DNA of 64,000 nucleotides from Prochlorococcus sp. AG-347-J22 (GTDB taxonomy: Bacteria; Cyanobacteriota; Cyanobacteriia; PCC-6307; Cyanobiaceae), in the NCBI GenBank assembly GCA_003279005.1, contig QCBY01000004.1, positions 27,091 through 91,090 on the forward strand, read 5' to 3'. Position numbers and translations under genes: made by a program. Every line of letters starts with the position of its first letter. The stretch's first letter is position 1. Below the pieces are notes generated by a model, which had not been told where the DNA came from, made no database searches, and saw nothing but the letters and a program-made list of their open reading frames with translations. Below, one piece after another: positions 45,385 to 55,268 of the stretch.

Positions 45385-45756
45385 ATGAACGAGACTAATA
45401 CAAAAAAAAAGGAAAAAATTTATGATGCAGAGGTTCTAGAAAGCTCATCTTTGGATGAAAATATCATTATAAAAATCCTGATAAAGGCTGGTAGGACAAT
45501 TGCAAAACCAGCTTTGGAAGTTTTAGAAATGGCCCTTGACCCTTTTACTCCAACCCAAGTAAGAGTTTCCTTAATGGCTGCATTAGCTTATTTAATAATG
45601 CCTTTTGATTTATTCCCTGACTTTATGCCTTTAGTAGGTTTTAGTGATGACTTCGTTGCGCTTACAGCAGTTTTAAGTATTTGGAGTAAATATATGACTC
45701 CTTCAATAAGAGCAAGAGCAGAAAGGAAACTTAATAAATTGTTCCCTTTCATTTAA
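45385..45756 (+). CDS. YkvA/DUF1232 family membrane protein
   Basis: AALAYLIMPFDLFPDFMPLVGFSDD signature. Confidence 0.9.
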   Translation: MNETNTKKKEKIYDAEVLESSSLDENIIIKILIKAGRTIAKPALEVLEMALDPFTPTQVRVSLMAALAYLIMPFDLFPDFMPLVGFSDDFVALTAVLSIWSKYMTPSIRARAERKLNKLFPFI

Positions 45757-46076
45757 TGAGTAGACTATCGCAGCAAGAGGAAAAACAACTGCTAGATTTT
45801 ATTAAAGTTTGGTTAAAAGATCATGGATATACTCAAAAAGATCTAGCTAATGAATTAAATATTAAATCAAGTCGTACGTCTGAAATCACTAAAAAAGTCC
45901 AAGAATTTTATAGAAAAGGAGGAATTTTCAATATTGCAAAAAATCTTATCAAGATTGAACAAAATTGGCTTAACAATACTCAACTTAATTCTGAGAAAGG
46001 AAAAGAAACTCACTCATATAATCAATTAGATATTGACTCTTTAGTTAACCAAATAAAAAAAGATAGTCATAATTAA
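45756..46076 (+). CDS. Hypothetical protein with XRE-like helix-turn-helix
   Basis: LKDHGYTQKDLANELNIKSSRTSEI; TAATG stop/start overlap with the DUF1232 gene. Confidence 0.65.
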   Translation: MSRLSQQEEKQLLDFIKVWLKDHGYTQKDLANELNIKSSRTSEITKKVQEFYRKGGIFNIAKNLIKIEQNWLNNTQLNSEKGKETHSYNQLDIDSLVNQIKKDSHN

Positions 46077-46209
46077 TTATTTATAATAAGCTTATAATTT
46101 CTTTAAACTTTTTTATCTGCTTCATTAATAATATTTTGAATAATTTTTAATTAATTAACGGTACTTTATATTATATCTTTCCATAAAATTAAAAATTATT
46201 TTTATAAAT

Positions 46210-46231
46210 AAAAATCTTATATAAGTTTTTT
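46210..46231. terminator. Weak AT-rich inverted repeat between convergent genes, possible bidirectional terminator
   Basis: AAAAA-T-CTTATATAAG-T-TTTTT. Confidence 0.25.
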
Positions 46232-46283
46232 CTAAACATACAAGGAGTTAAATATTATTTTATTTTTTATTAAATAACATAAA

Positions 46284-46553
46284 TTAAAATGCTTGTATCC
46301 AAGGATAAATATCAATAGAAATCCATATACCCTCCTGCCAGTATATATCATTCTCTATTAATTCTCTTAATTCATTTTTGTTGTTAGCATTAAAAATACC
46401 AAATAAATACTTTGTACATTTAGTAGGTCCTAAAGTAACTAAAATATTTCTATCTTTTAAATTTCTAAGTCTATTAAGATGTTGTTTGCGAAATGGTTCC
46501 CTTTTGTTAATTGCATCCTCGCAATACTTACCAAAAACTATAAATTTTTCCAT
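46284..46553 (-). CDS. YciI family protein
   Basis: KREPFRKQHL, LGPT, DIYW..GIW...YPW pattern. Confidence 0.85.
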   Translation of the reverse strand: MEKFIVFGKYCEDAINKREPFRKQHLNRLRNLKDRNILVTLGPTKCTKYLFGIFNANNKNELRELIENDIYWQEGIWISIDIYPWIQAF

Positions 46554-46652
46554 TTTAAAAAGATAACTAATTAAATAAATACATAATTAATAATTGCACA
46601 AATTACACACTAATTGCTATGTTTATTAGGAATAACTTTGTATTAATCTATT

Positions 46653-47003
46653 ATGCTCACAGGTAGCGATCTTCTAGCAAAAGTTAAAGAACTTGGTGAT
46701 GTTAGCAAATCAGATCTTGTTCGTGCATGTGGATATGTTTCCACAAAAAAAAACGGAGCAGAACGTCTAAACTTTACCGCGTTTTATGAAGCACTTCTTG
46801 AAGCAAAAGGTATAAACCTTGGTGATTCTGGAGTGGCAGGAATTGGGAAAGGTGGCAGGAAATTAAGTTACATCGCAACAGTCCAAGGTAATGGAAATCT
46901 TTTAATTGGTAAAGCATATACAGCACTCTTAGACTTAAAGGCAGGAGATGAGTTTGAAATAAAGTTGGGCAGAAAACAAATCAGATTATTACCCTCTGAA
47001 TAA
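46653..47003 (+). CDS. AbrB-family transcriptional regulator (picocyanobacterial type)
   Basis: MLTGSDLL, ACGY, FTAFYEALLEAKG, GRKLSY..TVQGNGNLLIGKAYT. Confidence 0.9.
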   Translation: MLTGSDLLAKVKELGDVSKSDLVRACGYVSTKKNGAERLNFTAFYEALLEAKGINLGDSGVAGIGKGGRKLSYIATVQGNGNLLIGKAYTALLDLKAGDEFEIKLGRKQIRLLPSE

Positions 47004-47094
47004 CCCTAATAAATAGTTGTTTAAATATAAAAAAATAAAAACTCTTTTCAATCTTTGAGTATATAATCAAAAACTTTAGTTTTTTAATTTATAT

Positions 47095-47934
47095 TTATTT
47101 ATCAGCCGCTATCCGCATTTCTTCGCAAAATTTTCCAACTCTATTTACAACTTCTACTTCATTACTATTAGAAATTCTTTTAACAAATGCGCTTCCAATA
47201 ATCACTCCATCTGCACCCCATCCACGAACTCTATTAACATGTTCAGGTGAAGATATTCCAAACCCAACTGCGACTGGATTAATGCTTATTTCTTTTAATT
47301 TTGTAATAAGACTTTCTACTCTATTTTCCATTTTGTTTCTCTCTCCTGTTACTCCTGTAACGCTTACTAGATAAGTAAACCCTTTTGTTTTATAAGATAT
47401 CATTTTCATTCTTTCAAAAGGAGTAGTAGGTGCAACTAATAATATTAAGTCTATAAAATAAGAACTAATAATCTTCGAAAATTTAGATGCCTCTTCCAGA
47501 GGGAGATCAGGAATTATTAATCCTGCTACACCTGCTTTAAATGCTAACTCACAAAAATTTTCAAGCCCAAAATTTAATATAGGATTAAAATAGGTAAATA
47601 GTATTATAGGAATATGCAACTTTTTTTTAAGAGACTCCAATAACTTAATAACCTTTATTGCAGTAGTTCCTGACTTTAAAGCTTTAGATGCTGAAAATTG
47701 AATAATGGGTCCATCCGCAAGAGGATCGCTATAGGGGATTCCTAATTCGATAAGATCGGCACCTTTTTCTTGCAACTTTAATAAAATCTCAGAGGTCTTT
47801 TCAATATTTGGATCACCTGCCATTATAAAAGGCATCAAAGCTAGTTTTTTGCTTTTTTTTAATTCCAAAAATTTCTCATTTATTTTTGATAAAGGCTCCT
47901 CCTTGGAGATTTGCAGTTTCTGCTTTTCTTTCAT
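47095..47934 (-). CDS. trpA: Tryptophan synthase alpha subunit
   Basis: MAGDP, ELGIPYSDPLADGP, PDLP, GVTG, VGFGIS, GSA. Confidence 0.98.
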   Translation of the reverse strand: MKEKQKLQISKEEPLSKINEKFLELKKSKKLALMPFIMAGDPNIEKTSEILLKLQEKGADLIELGIPYSDPLADGPIIQFSASKALKSGTTAIKVIKLLESLKKKLHIPIILFTYFNPILNFGLENFCELAFKAGVAGLIIPDLPLEEASKFSKIISSYFIDLILLVAPTTPFERMKMISYKTKGFTYLVSVTGVTGERNKMENRVESLITKLKEISINPVAVGFGISSPEHVNRVRGWGADGVIIGSAFVKRISNSNEVEVVNRVGKFCEEMRIAADK

Positions 47935-47981
47935 GATTTGTTGAGATTTTTTACTTGATGGTTATGAAGAAGTAAATAAAT

Positions 47982-48293
47982 TTATTCTAATTCTTTCATT
48001 AATTTTTCCTGTTCTTCTTTTGACAATGAATTGAATTTAATTTCTAGTTTATCATTTAAAGTTTTTTCGTATTTTTTTCTATAACGCTTTCTTTGCTCCA
48101 TAAAAGTCATTTTCCCATTAACAACTCTAAAAACGTAAGTAGATACCCATGTTATTACAACCAAAATCAATATAAAATTTGAAATAGTGCTGGCTGTAAA
48201 ATTATCAAACCCAAATTGAGGCAATAATTTGTAACTTAATATTCCTAAAAAGAAGATTAATAAACCTATTTGTAAAACTTTCCCTTTAGTCAA
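47982..48293 (-). CDS. DUF3007 family membrane protein
   Basis: WVSTYVFRV..GKMTFMEQRKRY motif; lies between ndhL and trpA. Confidence 0.85.
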   Translation of the reverse strand: MTKGKVLQIGLLIFFLGILSYKLLPQFGFDNFTASTISNFILILVVITWVSTYVFRVVNGKMTFMEQRKRYRKKYEKTLNDKLEIKFNSLSKEEQEKLMKELE

Positions 48294-48297
48294 TTAT

Positions 48298-48531
48298 TTA
48301 CCCTTTGCTATTTCCTCTTAATCTAAGATTTAAAAAAGGAGAAAATAAAATTAAACCTGGAAAGAAAAGAAAAACTAAACCATAAACTCCCAATCGCTCT
48401 AATTTACCCATAACATTCCATCTATTATTCATCCAGTAAAAAAGTATTAATGGGACAAGAAATAAGTAAATAGAAATAATAGCAACGTAGACAACTAAAG
48501 TAGCAAGTGAGTTGTTAAGAATACTTTCCAT
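48298..48531 (-). CDS. ndhL: NDH-1 subunit L
   Basis: YLFLVP...RW..MGKLER...[17 protein letters not shown]. Confidence 0.92.
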   Translation of the reverse strand: MESILNNSLATLVVYVAIISIYLFLVPLILFYWMNNRWNVMGKLERLGVYGLVFLFFPGLILFSPFLNLRLRGNSKG

Positions 48532-48609
48532 TAAAATTTATGATTACTTAGTTAGAAGATAACAATTACAAAAAGTTATCGTAAGAACTAAAAATGAATA
48601 GTTTAAAAG

Positions 48610-48695
48610 TGGGAGTGGGGGGACTTGAACCCCCACGAGCTAAAGCGCTCGACGGATTTTAAGTCCGGCGCGTCTACCAATTCCGCCACACTCCC
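48610..48695 (-). tRNA. trnL: tRNA-Leu(TAA), intron-less, CCA not encoded
   Basis: Reverse complement GGGAGTGTGGCGGAATTGGTAGACGCGCCGGACTTAAAATCCGTCGAGCGCTTTAGCTCGTGGGGGTTCAAGTCCCCCCACTCCCA: acceptor stem, TAA anticodon, long variable arm, TTCAA loop. Confidence 0.97.
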
Positions 48696-48798
48696 AACTG
48701 ATATTTGCGCTTTCTAAGCGTAGCCGAAATTACCCCATTTAACCAAGAAAGATTGTAATATTTATACTTTTCTTAAATGGTTAGATTGGATTTAATTA

Positions 48799-49848
48799 TT
48801 AATTTACAATCCCTTCAACTTGCCAGTTTAAAGTTTCACCTGCGTGAAATGGTTTTATTTGTTCAACAATATCTTTTTCTTCAATAACATCAATAAATTC
48901 TACTATTTTATTTGATTTAGATACTAATTTTAATTTCTCTTTATTTGGGGACAAATTATAAAAATTAGGGCCATTCAAACTTGCAAACTTTTCAAAATTA
49001 TCGAGAGCATTTTCCTCTTCAAATACTGTTAAATAACTTTCTAATGCCACTGGTGAATTAAAAATTCCTGCACAACCGCAAAAAGCCTTCCACTTTCTAA
49101 GATGTGGAGCAGAATCAGTTCCTAGAAAAAAACATTCTTTCCCACTTGTTGCCGCTTTCCTTAAGGCTAGTCTGTTGTTCTCCCTTTTAGCGACTGGCAA
49201 GCAGTAAAAGTCGCTATTTAAGCCTCCAAAGAACATTGCATTTCTATTAATATGCAAATGATGAGGAGTAATAGTGGCTCCAATATTTTTTTCTTGAACG
49301 AAATCAACCGCATATGAGGTGGTTATATGTTCTAAGACAATTTTTAATTTTGGAAAAGTTTTAATTATAGGTTGAAGTTCTCTATCAATAAAAACTTCTT
49401 CTCTATCAAATACATCTACTTCAGAATCAGTCACTTCTCCATGGATTAAAAGAGGCATTCCTGACTCTTGCATTGATTCAAAAACCTCATATAGATTCGC
49501 AATTTTCTTAACTCCATGACTGGAATTTGTTGTGGCATTGGCAGGGTATAATTTTGCAGCAAAAATGACATTATTTTTAAAACCATTTATTAGTTCCTCT
49601 TTATCAGTCTCATCAGTTAGGTAGATTGTCATTAAAGGTTGAAAATTAGAACTTTTAGGTAACGCTTCAGTAATTAATTTTTTATAAGCAATGGCTTTAT
49701 CAATTGATGTAATGGGATTTTTCGTATTTGGCATAACAATAGCCCTCCCGAAATACTCAGATGTGAAATGAATAATATTTTTTAATACAAGACCTTCTCT
49801 CAAATGTAAATGCCAATCATCAGGTTTTAATATGGTTAATGTCTTCAA
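48799..49848 (-). CDS. pyrC: Dihydroorotase (homodimeric type)
   Basis: PDDWHLHLR, MPN, KLYP..ATTNS, EHITT, GTDSAPH. Confidence 0.97.
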   Translation of the reverse strand: MKTLTILKPDDWHLHLREGLVLKNIIHFTSEYFGRAIVMPNTKNPITSIDKAIAYKKLITEALPKSSNFQPLMTIYLTDETDKEELINGFKNNVIFAAKLYPANATTNSSHGVKKIANLYEVFESMQESGMPLLIHGEVTDSEVDVFDREEVFIDRELQPIIKTFPKLKIVLEHITTSYAVDFVQEKNIGATITPHHLHINRNAMFFGGLNSDFYCLPVAKRENNRLALRKAATSGKECFFLGTDSAPHLRKWKAFCGCAGIFNSPVALESYLTVFEEENALDNFEKFASLNGPNFYNLSPNKEKLKLVSKSNKIVEFIDVIEEKDIVEQIKPFHAGETLNWQVEGIVN

Positions 49849-49887
49849 AATTTTAATTATTTAATTAATTTTAACAGCAAATAAAAT

Positions 49888-49916
49888 TTGACAATAAATT
49901 ATTGATATTCCAGGAT
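49888..49916 (+). promoter_or_regulatory. Candidate promoter for the antiporter gene
   Basis: Perfect TTGACA, 17-nt spacer overlapping the CAATAA-A-TTATTG palindrome, weak -10 CAGGAT. Confidence 0.3.
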
Positions 49917-49966
49917 AGATATTGATGAATTATTAAACATTTAATTATCCAAACAAAGACTTAAAT

Positions 49967-51043
49967 ATGAGCGATTTTATATTTCCAATAATAGAAATAT
50001 TAATAGGAGTAATTTTACTTTTTGGAGGAGGAGAATTCTTTGTTCAAGGAGCTATAAATCTATCTTTAATTTTAGGAATACCTCAAATAGTTATTGGACT
50101 AACAATTGTTTCACTAGGCACAAGCTCTCCCGAATTATTAGTAAGTTTAAATTCAATTTTTAAAGGTAGTGATTCGCTTGCTGTTAGTAATGTAATAGGG
50201 AGCAATATCTTTAATGTACTTGTAGTTTTAGGTATAAGCTCACTTATAACACCACTTAAGGTGAAAAGCAGAATAGTTAGAAGAGATGTTCCCCTTTTAA
50301 TGGCCATTTCTTGTGCCGTTTGGGCAATGTCATCAACTGGGTTATTAACATTACAAGCTGGGATCTTTCTAATATTTTGTCTAGTCTTAAATTCAATATG
50401 GGAAATTAATACCATAAATGAAAAAGAGGAGGATACAAAAAATGCTGAGCCAGAGATAGAAGAATTTAATGATAAAAATAAAGGGAAGCTAAACATTTTA
50501 CTAAAGTTGATATTGGGTATATTTCTTTTAAGCTTTGGATCTAATATTTTAGTAAATGGTTCCAGAACTCTAGCAACTCTTTTTGGGGTGAATGAAATCG
50601 TCATCGGTTTAACTATTGTTGCTACTGGAACATCTTTGCCAGAATTAGTAACTTCAATAATTGCCGCATTTAAAGGTAAAACAGATCTTGCGATAGGAAA
50701 TGTAATAGGAAGCAATTTGCTCAATCAACTGCTAATCTTAGGTAGTTGTAGTATATTTTCAGGATTTAAGGGTTTAACAATTGAGCAAAGCCTAATAAAA
50801 GTTGATCTACCATTTATGCTTTTAACTACATTCGCTTGCTTGCCAATTTTTTGGAGCAAAGGAAAAATCTCAAGAATTGAGGGATTTATTTTGCTGAATC
50901 TCTATATTTTTTACATACTCGATAAGATACTTTTTTTAAATGGATTTAATTATCTTTTTGAATTAAGAATTTTTTTATTTATGTATTTTTTATTACTAAT
51001 AACGTATCTCTTTGCTCAAGAAAAATTCAAATTTTCTAAATGA
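49967..51043 (+). CDS. Ca2+/Na+ (CaCA, YrbG-like) antiporter
   Basis: Two alpha repeats GTSSPEL...GSNIFN and GTSLPEL...GSNLLN. Confidence 0.93.
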   Translation: MSDFIFPIIEILIGVILLFGGGEFFVQGAINLSLILGIPQIVIGLTIVSLGTSSPELLVSLNSIFKGSDSLAVSNVIGSNIFNVLVVLGISSLITPLKVKSRIVRRDVPLLMAISCAVWAMSSTGLLTLQAGIFLIFCLVLNSIWEINTINEKEEDTKNAEPEIEEFNDKNKGKLNILLKLILGIFLLSFGSNILVNGSRTLATLFGVNEIVIGLTIVATGTSLPELVTSIIAAFKGKTDLAIGNVIGSNLLNQLLILGSCSIFSGFKGLTIEQSLIKVDLPFMLLTTFACLPIFWSKGKISRIEGFILLNLYIFYILDKILFLNGFNYLFELRIFLFMYFLLLITYLFAQEKFKFSK

Positions 51044-51050
51044 TAATTGA

Positions 51051-52415
51051 TTAGCCATACATTGTCACAAATTCTTCTGAAATAGTTGGATGCAAAGCCA
51101 TAGTAATATCAAAGTCTCTTTTTGTTATACCTGCATTTAATGAAATGGATACCATTTGAATAATCTCAGAAGATGTTTCTCCAAACATATGACATCCTAG
51201 TACTTTGTCAGTAAGTTTATTCACTACAATTTTTAACATGCATTTTGATTTATTCTTTTTAAAAGTATTTGACATTGGTGTAAATTTACATTTGAAAATT
51301 TTTATATTTTTTTCAGAGTAAATCTCTTTCGCTCTTCTCTCACTTAAGCCAACGGTTGCAATTTCAGGAATAGTAAAAACTGCCTTAGGGATATATTCAT
51401 AATTAACTTTTCTATTTTTGTTATTAAAAAGATTATCTGAAAACACTCTTCCTTGCTCTATTGCTACTGGCGTTAAGTTAGGTTTATTGACTATATCACC
51501 CACTGCAAAAATATTAGCATTGCTTGTTTGATTAAGTTGATCTACATCTAAATAGGCGCCATCCATCTTTAGATTTAAAAATTCTAAATTTAAAGGCAGA
51601 AGATTTGGTTCTCGACCTGTAGCAATAAGTATGTTTCTAGTTTGCATCTTATTCCCTGAGTCCAAGGTGGACTGCAAATATCCATTACTACTTTCTATAG
51701 ACTTTAATTGGGTTTTGGTCATTATATTTATTCCAGCAAGAACTGTAGCTTCTTCTAAGCATGAAGATAAATCTTCATCAAAACCATTAAGTAAACGTTC
51801 CCCTCTAATTAATTGAGTTACATCAGTACCTAAATTTTTGAAAATTGAAGCAAATTCGCAAGCAATATATCCCCCTCCTACTATTAATAATGATTCAGGA
51901 AAGCTATCCAATTCAAAAATATCATCGCTTGTCCATGCTAAATCTATTCCTGGAATATTTAATTTCTTTGGTTTCCCCCCAACTGAAATAAGAATTTTTT
52001 TTGAACTTATTTTTTTTAGGATTTTTTTGGTCTTTGGACAAATTATTTCTAATTCATTTGGGGATATAAATTTTCCCAACCCCACAAAAACTTTGATATT
52101 CAATTTATCTAAAGAATTTTTATGTAAATTACTTAATCTTGATACCTCTTCTCTAATATTCTTCAGCAAAATATTTGATTCAAAACTAATGCGCTCACTT
52201 TTTAATCCATATCCTTCAGAAGAAGTTATATCTTTTTTATTTCTAGCTGCATAAACCATCAATTTTTTAGGGACACATCCCCTTATTACACAAGTTCCCC
52301 CTACTTTATTTACTTCAATAATTGCAACTTTTGCTCCATAACTTGCAGCACGTTTAGCCGCCGCCAGTCCCCCTGATCCAGCGCCAACAACAATTAAATC
52401 AAATTGAAATTCCAA
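51051..52415 (-). CDS. gor: Glutathione reductase
   Basis: GAGSGG, GGTCVIRGCVPKK, GGGYIACE, LTPVA, HPTISEE. Confidence 0.95.
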   Translation of the reverse strand: MEFQFDLIVVGAGSGGLAAAKRAASYGAKVAIIEVNKVGGTCVIRGCVPKKLMVYAARNKKDITSSEGYGLKSERISFESNILLKNIREEVSRLSNLHKNSLDKLNIKVFVGLGKFISPNELEIICPKTKKILKKISSKKILISVGGKPKKLNIPGIDLAWTSDDIFELDSFPESLLIVGGGYIACEFASIFKNLGTDVTQLIRGERLLNGFDEDLSSCLEEATVLAGINIMTKTQLKSIESSNGYLQSTLDSGNKMQTRNILIATGREPNLLPLNLEFLNLKMDGAYLDVDQLNQTSNANIFAVGDIVNKPNLTPVAIEQGRVFSDNLFNNKNRKVNYEYIPKAVFTIPEIATVGLSERRAKEIYSEKNIKIFKCKFTPMSNTFKKNKSKCMLKIVVNKLTDKVLGCHMFGETSSEIIQMVSISLNAGITKRDFDITMALHPTISEEFVTMYG

Positions 52416-52467
52416 GACTTTTTTTAATCAATTATTATATTGTAAGTTTATAACTTAAATTCAAAGA

Positions 52468-53727
52468 ATGAATGAGATTTTGACATGGCAAGATTTAAGA
52501 AAATTCCAAATTGAAGATCTCGATAGAGTTAATGGTATAAATAATTCCTACTCAAATTTAAGATTATTTAGTTATTCTGAAAAAGATGTCATGGTTACCT
52601 TATATAGGGATAGACATTCATGGTGTCCTTATTGTCAGAAAATATGGTTATGGCTTGAATTTAAAAAAATTCCATACAGAGTCAAAAAAATAAATATGTT
52701 TTGCTACGGCCAAAAAGAAAGTTGGTTTCTTAATAAAGTCAGTTCAGGCAAATTACCTGCCATTGAGTTTAAAGAGCAAGTTATAACTGAAAGCGATAAC
52801 ATCATAGCTTTCTTAGAAAATCAATTCGGGCCAATAGGATCTTCAATAACATCAAGTAATTTTAAAGAAATAAGAGAATTAGAAAGAGAAATTTTTAGAT
52901 CTTGGTGTAATTGGCTTTGCCAAAAAAGCTTTAATTTTATTGATAACTCTTATAGAAAAAAAAGATTTAAAGAATCTATTTCTAAATTTAATGAAATCTT
53001 GAGCAAATCAAAATCAGGTTTTATTGATCCATCAATATCTAATTCATTTAAAATAAAACCTGGTCTTGGAGATATAATTTTTATTCCTTATATGGAAAGA
53101 ATGAATGCATCTTTAATTTATTACAAAGGATTTAATTTAAGATCTAATTACCGATATGTAGATAAATGGCTTAGTCTTTTTGAGAAGGAAAGCACTTATA
53201 GAGGAACTCAAGGAGATTTTCATACTCATTCTCATGATTTACCACCGCAAATGGGTGGATGTTACAAAGAAAGTAATGAAGAACAGATCGCCCTCTCGAA
53301 ATTAATAGATTCTGGGGAGGGTCTTGGTAATTTTGAACTTAATATAAATTATGATTTAAAATATTACGCTAAAATTGCTTTAAGAAGGGTAATTAAGCAT
53401 AAAGAAAATTTAATTCATGCTAACCCATACGATAAAAAAATCTTTGATGAATCATTAAGGTCAGCCCTTACACATATGATTATAGGGGAGGTGAGAGTCC
53501 CTGAAACTATAGGAAGTAGATCTTTAAAATATTTAAAAAATAGAATATCTGTTCCAAGAGATATGCCAGTTATTTCTGCAAGATTATTTAGGCAATCTTT
53601 AAATAAAATAGAATCACTTTGTAAAAATAACGAAGAAGATATAATCCCTGTAAAGCATCGATATGATCAAGATCCTTCGAAATTCATATTAAATAAAGAT
53701 TATAAATTTTTTCTTGAATCAATTTGA
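52468..53727 (+). CDS. Glutathione S-transferase family protein (CPYC active site)
   Basis: [26 protein letters not shown]; C-terminal VPRDM. Confidence 0.88.
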   Translation: MNEILTWQDLRKFQIEDLDRVNGINNSYSNLRLFSYSEKDVMVTLYRDRHSWCPYCQKIWLWLEFKKIPYRVKKINMFCYGQKESWFLNKVSSGKLPAIEFKEQVITESDNIIAFLENQFGPIGSSITSSNFKEIRELEREIFRSWCNWLCQKSFNFIDNSYRKKRFKESISKFNEILSKSKSGFIDPSISNSFKIKPGLGDIIFIPYMERMNASLIYYKGFNLRSNYRYVDKWLSLFEKESTYRGTQGDFHTHSHDLPPQMGGCYKESNEEQIALSKLIDSGEGLGNFELNINYDLKYYAKIALRRVIKHKENLIHANPYDKKIFDESLRSALTHMIIGEVRVPETIGSRSLKYLKNRISVPRDMPVISARLFRQSLNKIESLCKNNEEDIIPVKHRYDQDPSKFILNKDYKFFLESI

Positions 53728-55094
53728 AGTAGATCCTTTATTTTTTGTACTTGACTTGCAACGTTGGGATCACTTGACAATTTTTTTTCAACTTGTTCAA
53801 TAGCATACATAACTGTGGTATGGTCCTTACCACCAAATTCATCTCCTATTTTTGGAAGGCTTAGATCAGTTCCTTGCCTCATGAGATACATACCTATTTG
53901 CCTTGCCTGACTTACTGGCTTTCTTCTGCTTGAACTAACTAATTCTTCGGCTGAGACTTCAAAGAAATCTGAGACTTTTTTTATTACCTGCTTAGGTGTA
54001 ACTACTACTCCAACACTATTTGGATCAAGCATTGGAGCAATTGATTGAACAGTCATAGGTAATCCAGTAATTGACGCAAATGCCACTGCTCTTGTAAAAG
54101 CACCCTCTAACTCTCGAATATTTGAGGAAAATCTCCCTGCGATAAATTGAATCAAGTCTCTTGGTAGATTCATCCTTTCTTGTTCAGCCTTTTTCTGAAG
54201 GATTGCCATTCTAGTTTCTATATCAGGAGGTTGGATATCGGCTATTAATCCCATAGAAAATCTGGAGATTAGCCTTTCTTGCAATTTAGGTATTTGACTT
54301 GGAGGCCTATCACTAGCTATGACGATTTGTTTGCCTGCTTCATATAAAGCATTAAAAGTATTAAAAAATTCTTCTTGCGTATATTCCTTACCTTCCAAGA
54401 ATTGAATATCATCAATTAATAATAGATCTACCGATCTATATTTATTTTTAAAAGCATGCATTCCATCTTTTCTTATAGATTGAATTAAATCACTACTAAA
54501 AGTTTCAGTTGAAACATATAAAACTTTAGCTTCTGGATCAATTTCTACACGATAATGACCAATTGCTTGCATTAAATGAGTTTTACCAAGGCCAACACCA
54601 CCACAAATAAATAATGGATTAAATTCTCTCCCTGGAGACTCTGCTACTGCTAAAGCTGCGGCATGTGCCATTCTACTATTAGGGCCTACAACAAATCTTT
54701 TAAATACATAACGTGTATTTAAAGAATGAGATTTTTTTGATCTATTAGCTAAATTATTACTCTGGCTAGTAGAAAAAGATTTTGTCTGAGAATTAATACT
54801 TTTTTGGCTTACTTGATTAGGAATATTTGAATTATTGTTATTGATATTATTTTCAGACTTAAAAATTACTTTTACATTATGTCCACAAATTTCTTTTGCA
54901 GCTTTTTCAATTGTTTGACTATAATTTTTTCTAAGCCAATCACTTGTAAAGTTATTTGGAGTAATCAAAGTTAATAAGCCATTTTCAAAACAATTAAATT
55001 TAGCTGGCCTTATCCAAGTTTCAAAGGAAGGCTTACTTAAATTCTTTTGAAGTAATTGTTGAACTTCTGCCCAAATAGGATTAGTTGCTTGCAC
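53700..55094 (-). CDS. dnaA: Chromosomal replication initiator
   Basis: [44 protein letters not shown]. Confidence 0.98.
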   Translation of the reverse strand: MQATNPIWAEVQQLLQKNLSKPSFETWIRPAKFNCFENGLLTLITPNNFTSDWLRKNYSQTIEKAAKEICGHNVKVIFKSENNINNNNSNIPNQVSQKSINSQTKSFSTSQSNNLANRSKKSHSLNTRYVFKRFVVGPNSRMAHAAALAVAESPGREFNPLFICGGVGLGKTHLMQAIGHYRVEIDPEAKVLYVSTETFSSDLIQSIRKDGMHAFKNKYRSVDLLLIDDIQFLEGKEYTQEEFFNTFNALYEAGKQIVIASDRPPSQIPKLQERLISRFSMGLIADIQPPDIETRMAILQKKAEQERMNLPRDLIQFIAGRFSSNIRELEGAFTRAVAFASITGLPMTVQSIAPMLDPNSVGVVVTPKQVIKKVSDFFEVSAEELVSSSRRKPVSQARQIGMYLMRQGTDLSLPKIGDEFGGKDHTTVMYAIEQVEKKLSSDPNVASQVQKIKDLLQIDSRKNL

Positions 55095-55204
55095 TAAATT
55101 TATTCAATAGATATTTAATCTAGTAGGGATTTAAAGATTGGTCATTCTCAAATCATAAGATCACGATAAATTTAAAATTTATTAACAATGCACTTTATAA
55201 ATTT

Positions 55205-55219
55205 AAAAAAAAAAAAAAA
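55205..55219. repeat. A15 homopolymer in the dnaA / glycosyltransferase divergent region
   Basis: 15 consecutive A, the longest homopolymer I noticed in the window. Confidence 0.85.
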
Positions 55220-55268
55220 TAATTCATTTTCTAAGCCTTATAATAGTTCATACTTTTTTAGTTTTTTT

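Noticed and set aside
48532-48695. tRNA-Leu as an integration site for an island or phage
   Set aside because: The tRNA 3' end is followed within 80 nt by ndhL; no integrase and no duplicated tRNA fragment seen
48755-48767. GTA...TAC as an NtcA box
   Set aside because: Spacing is N7 rather than the required N8
50083-50724. 213-aa antisense ORF inside the antiporter gene, and similar antisense or nested ORFs throughout (e.g. 1881-2237, 6315-6734, 30011-30448, 51838-52254)
   Set aside because: Shadow frames of well-supported genes, with no recognisable motifs
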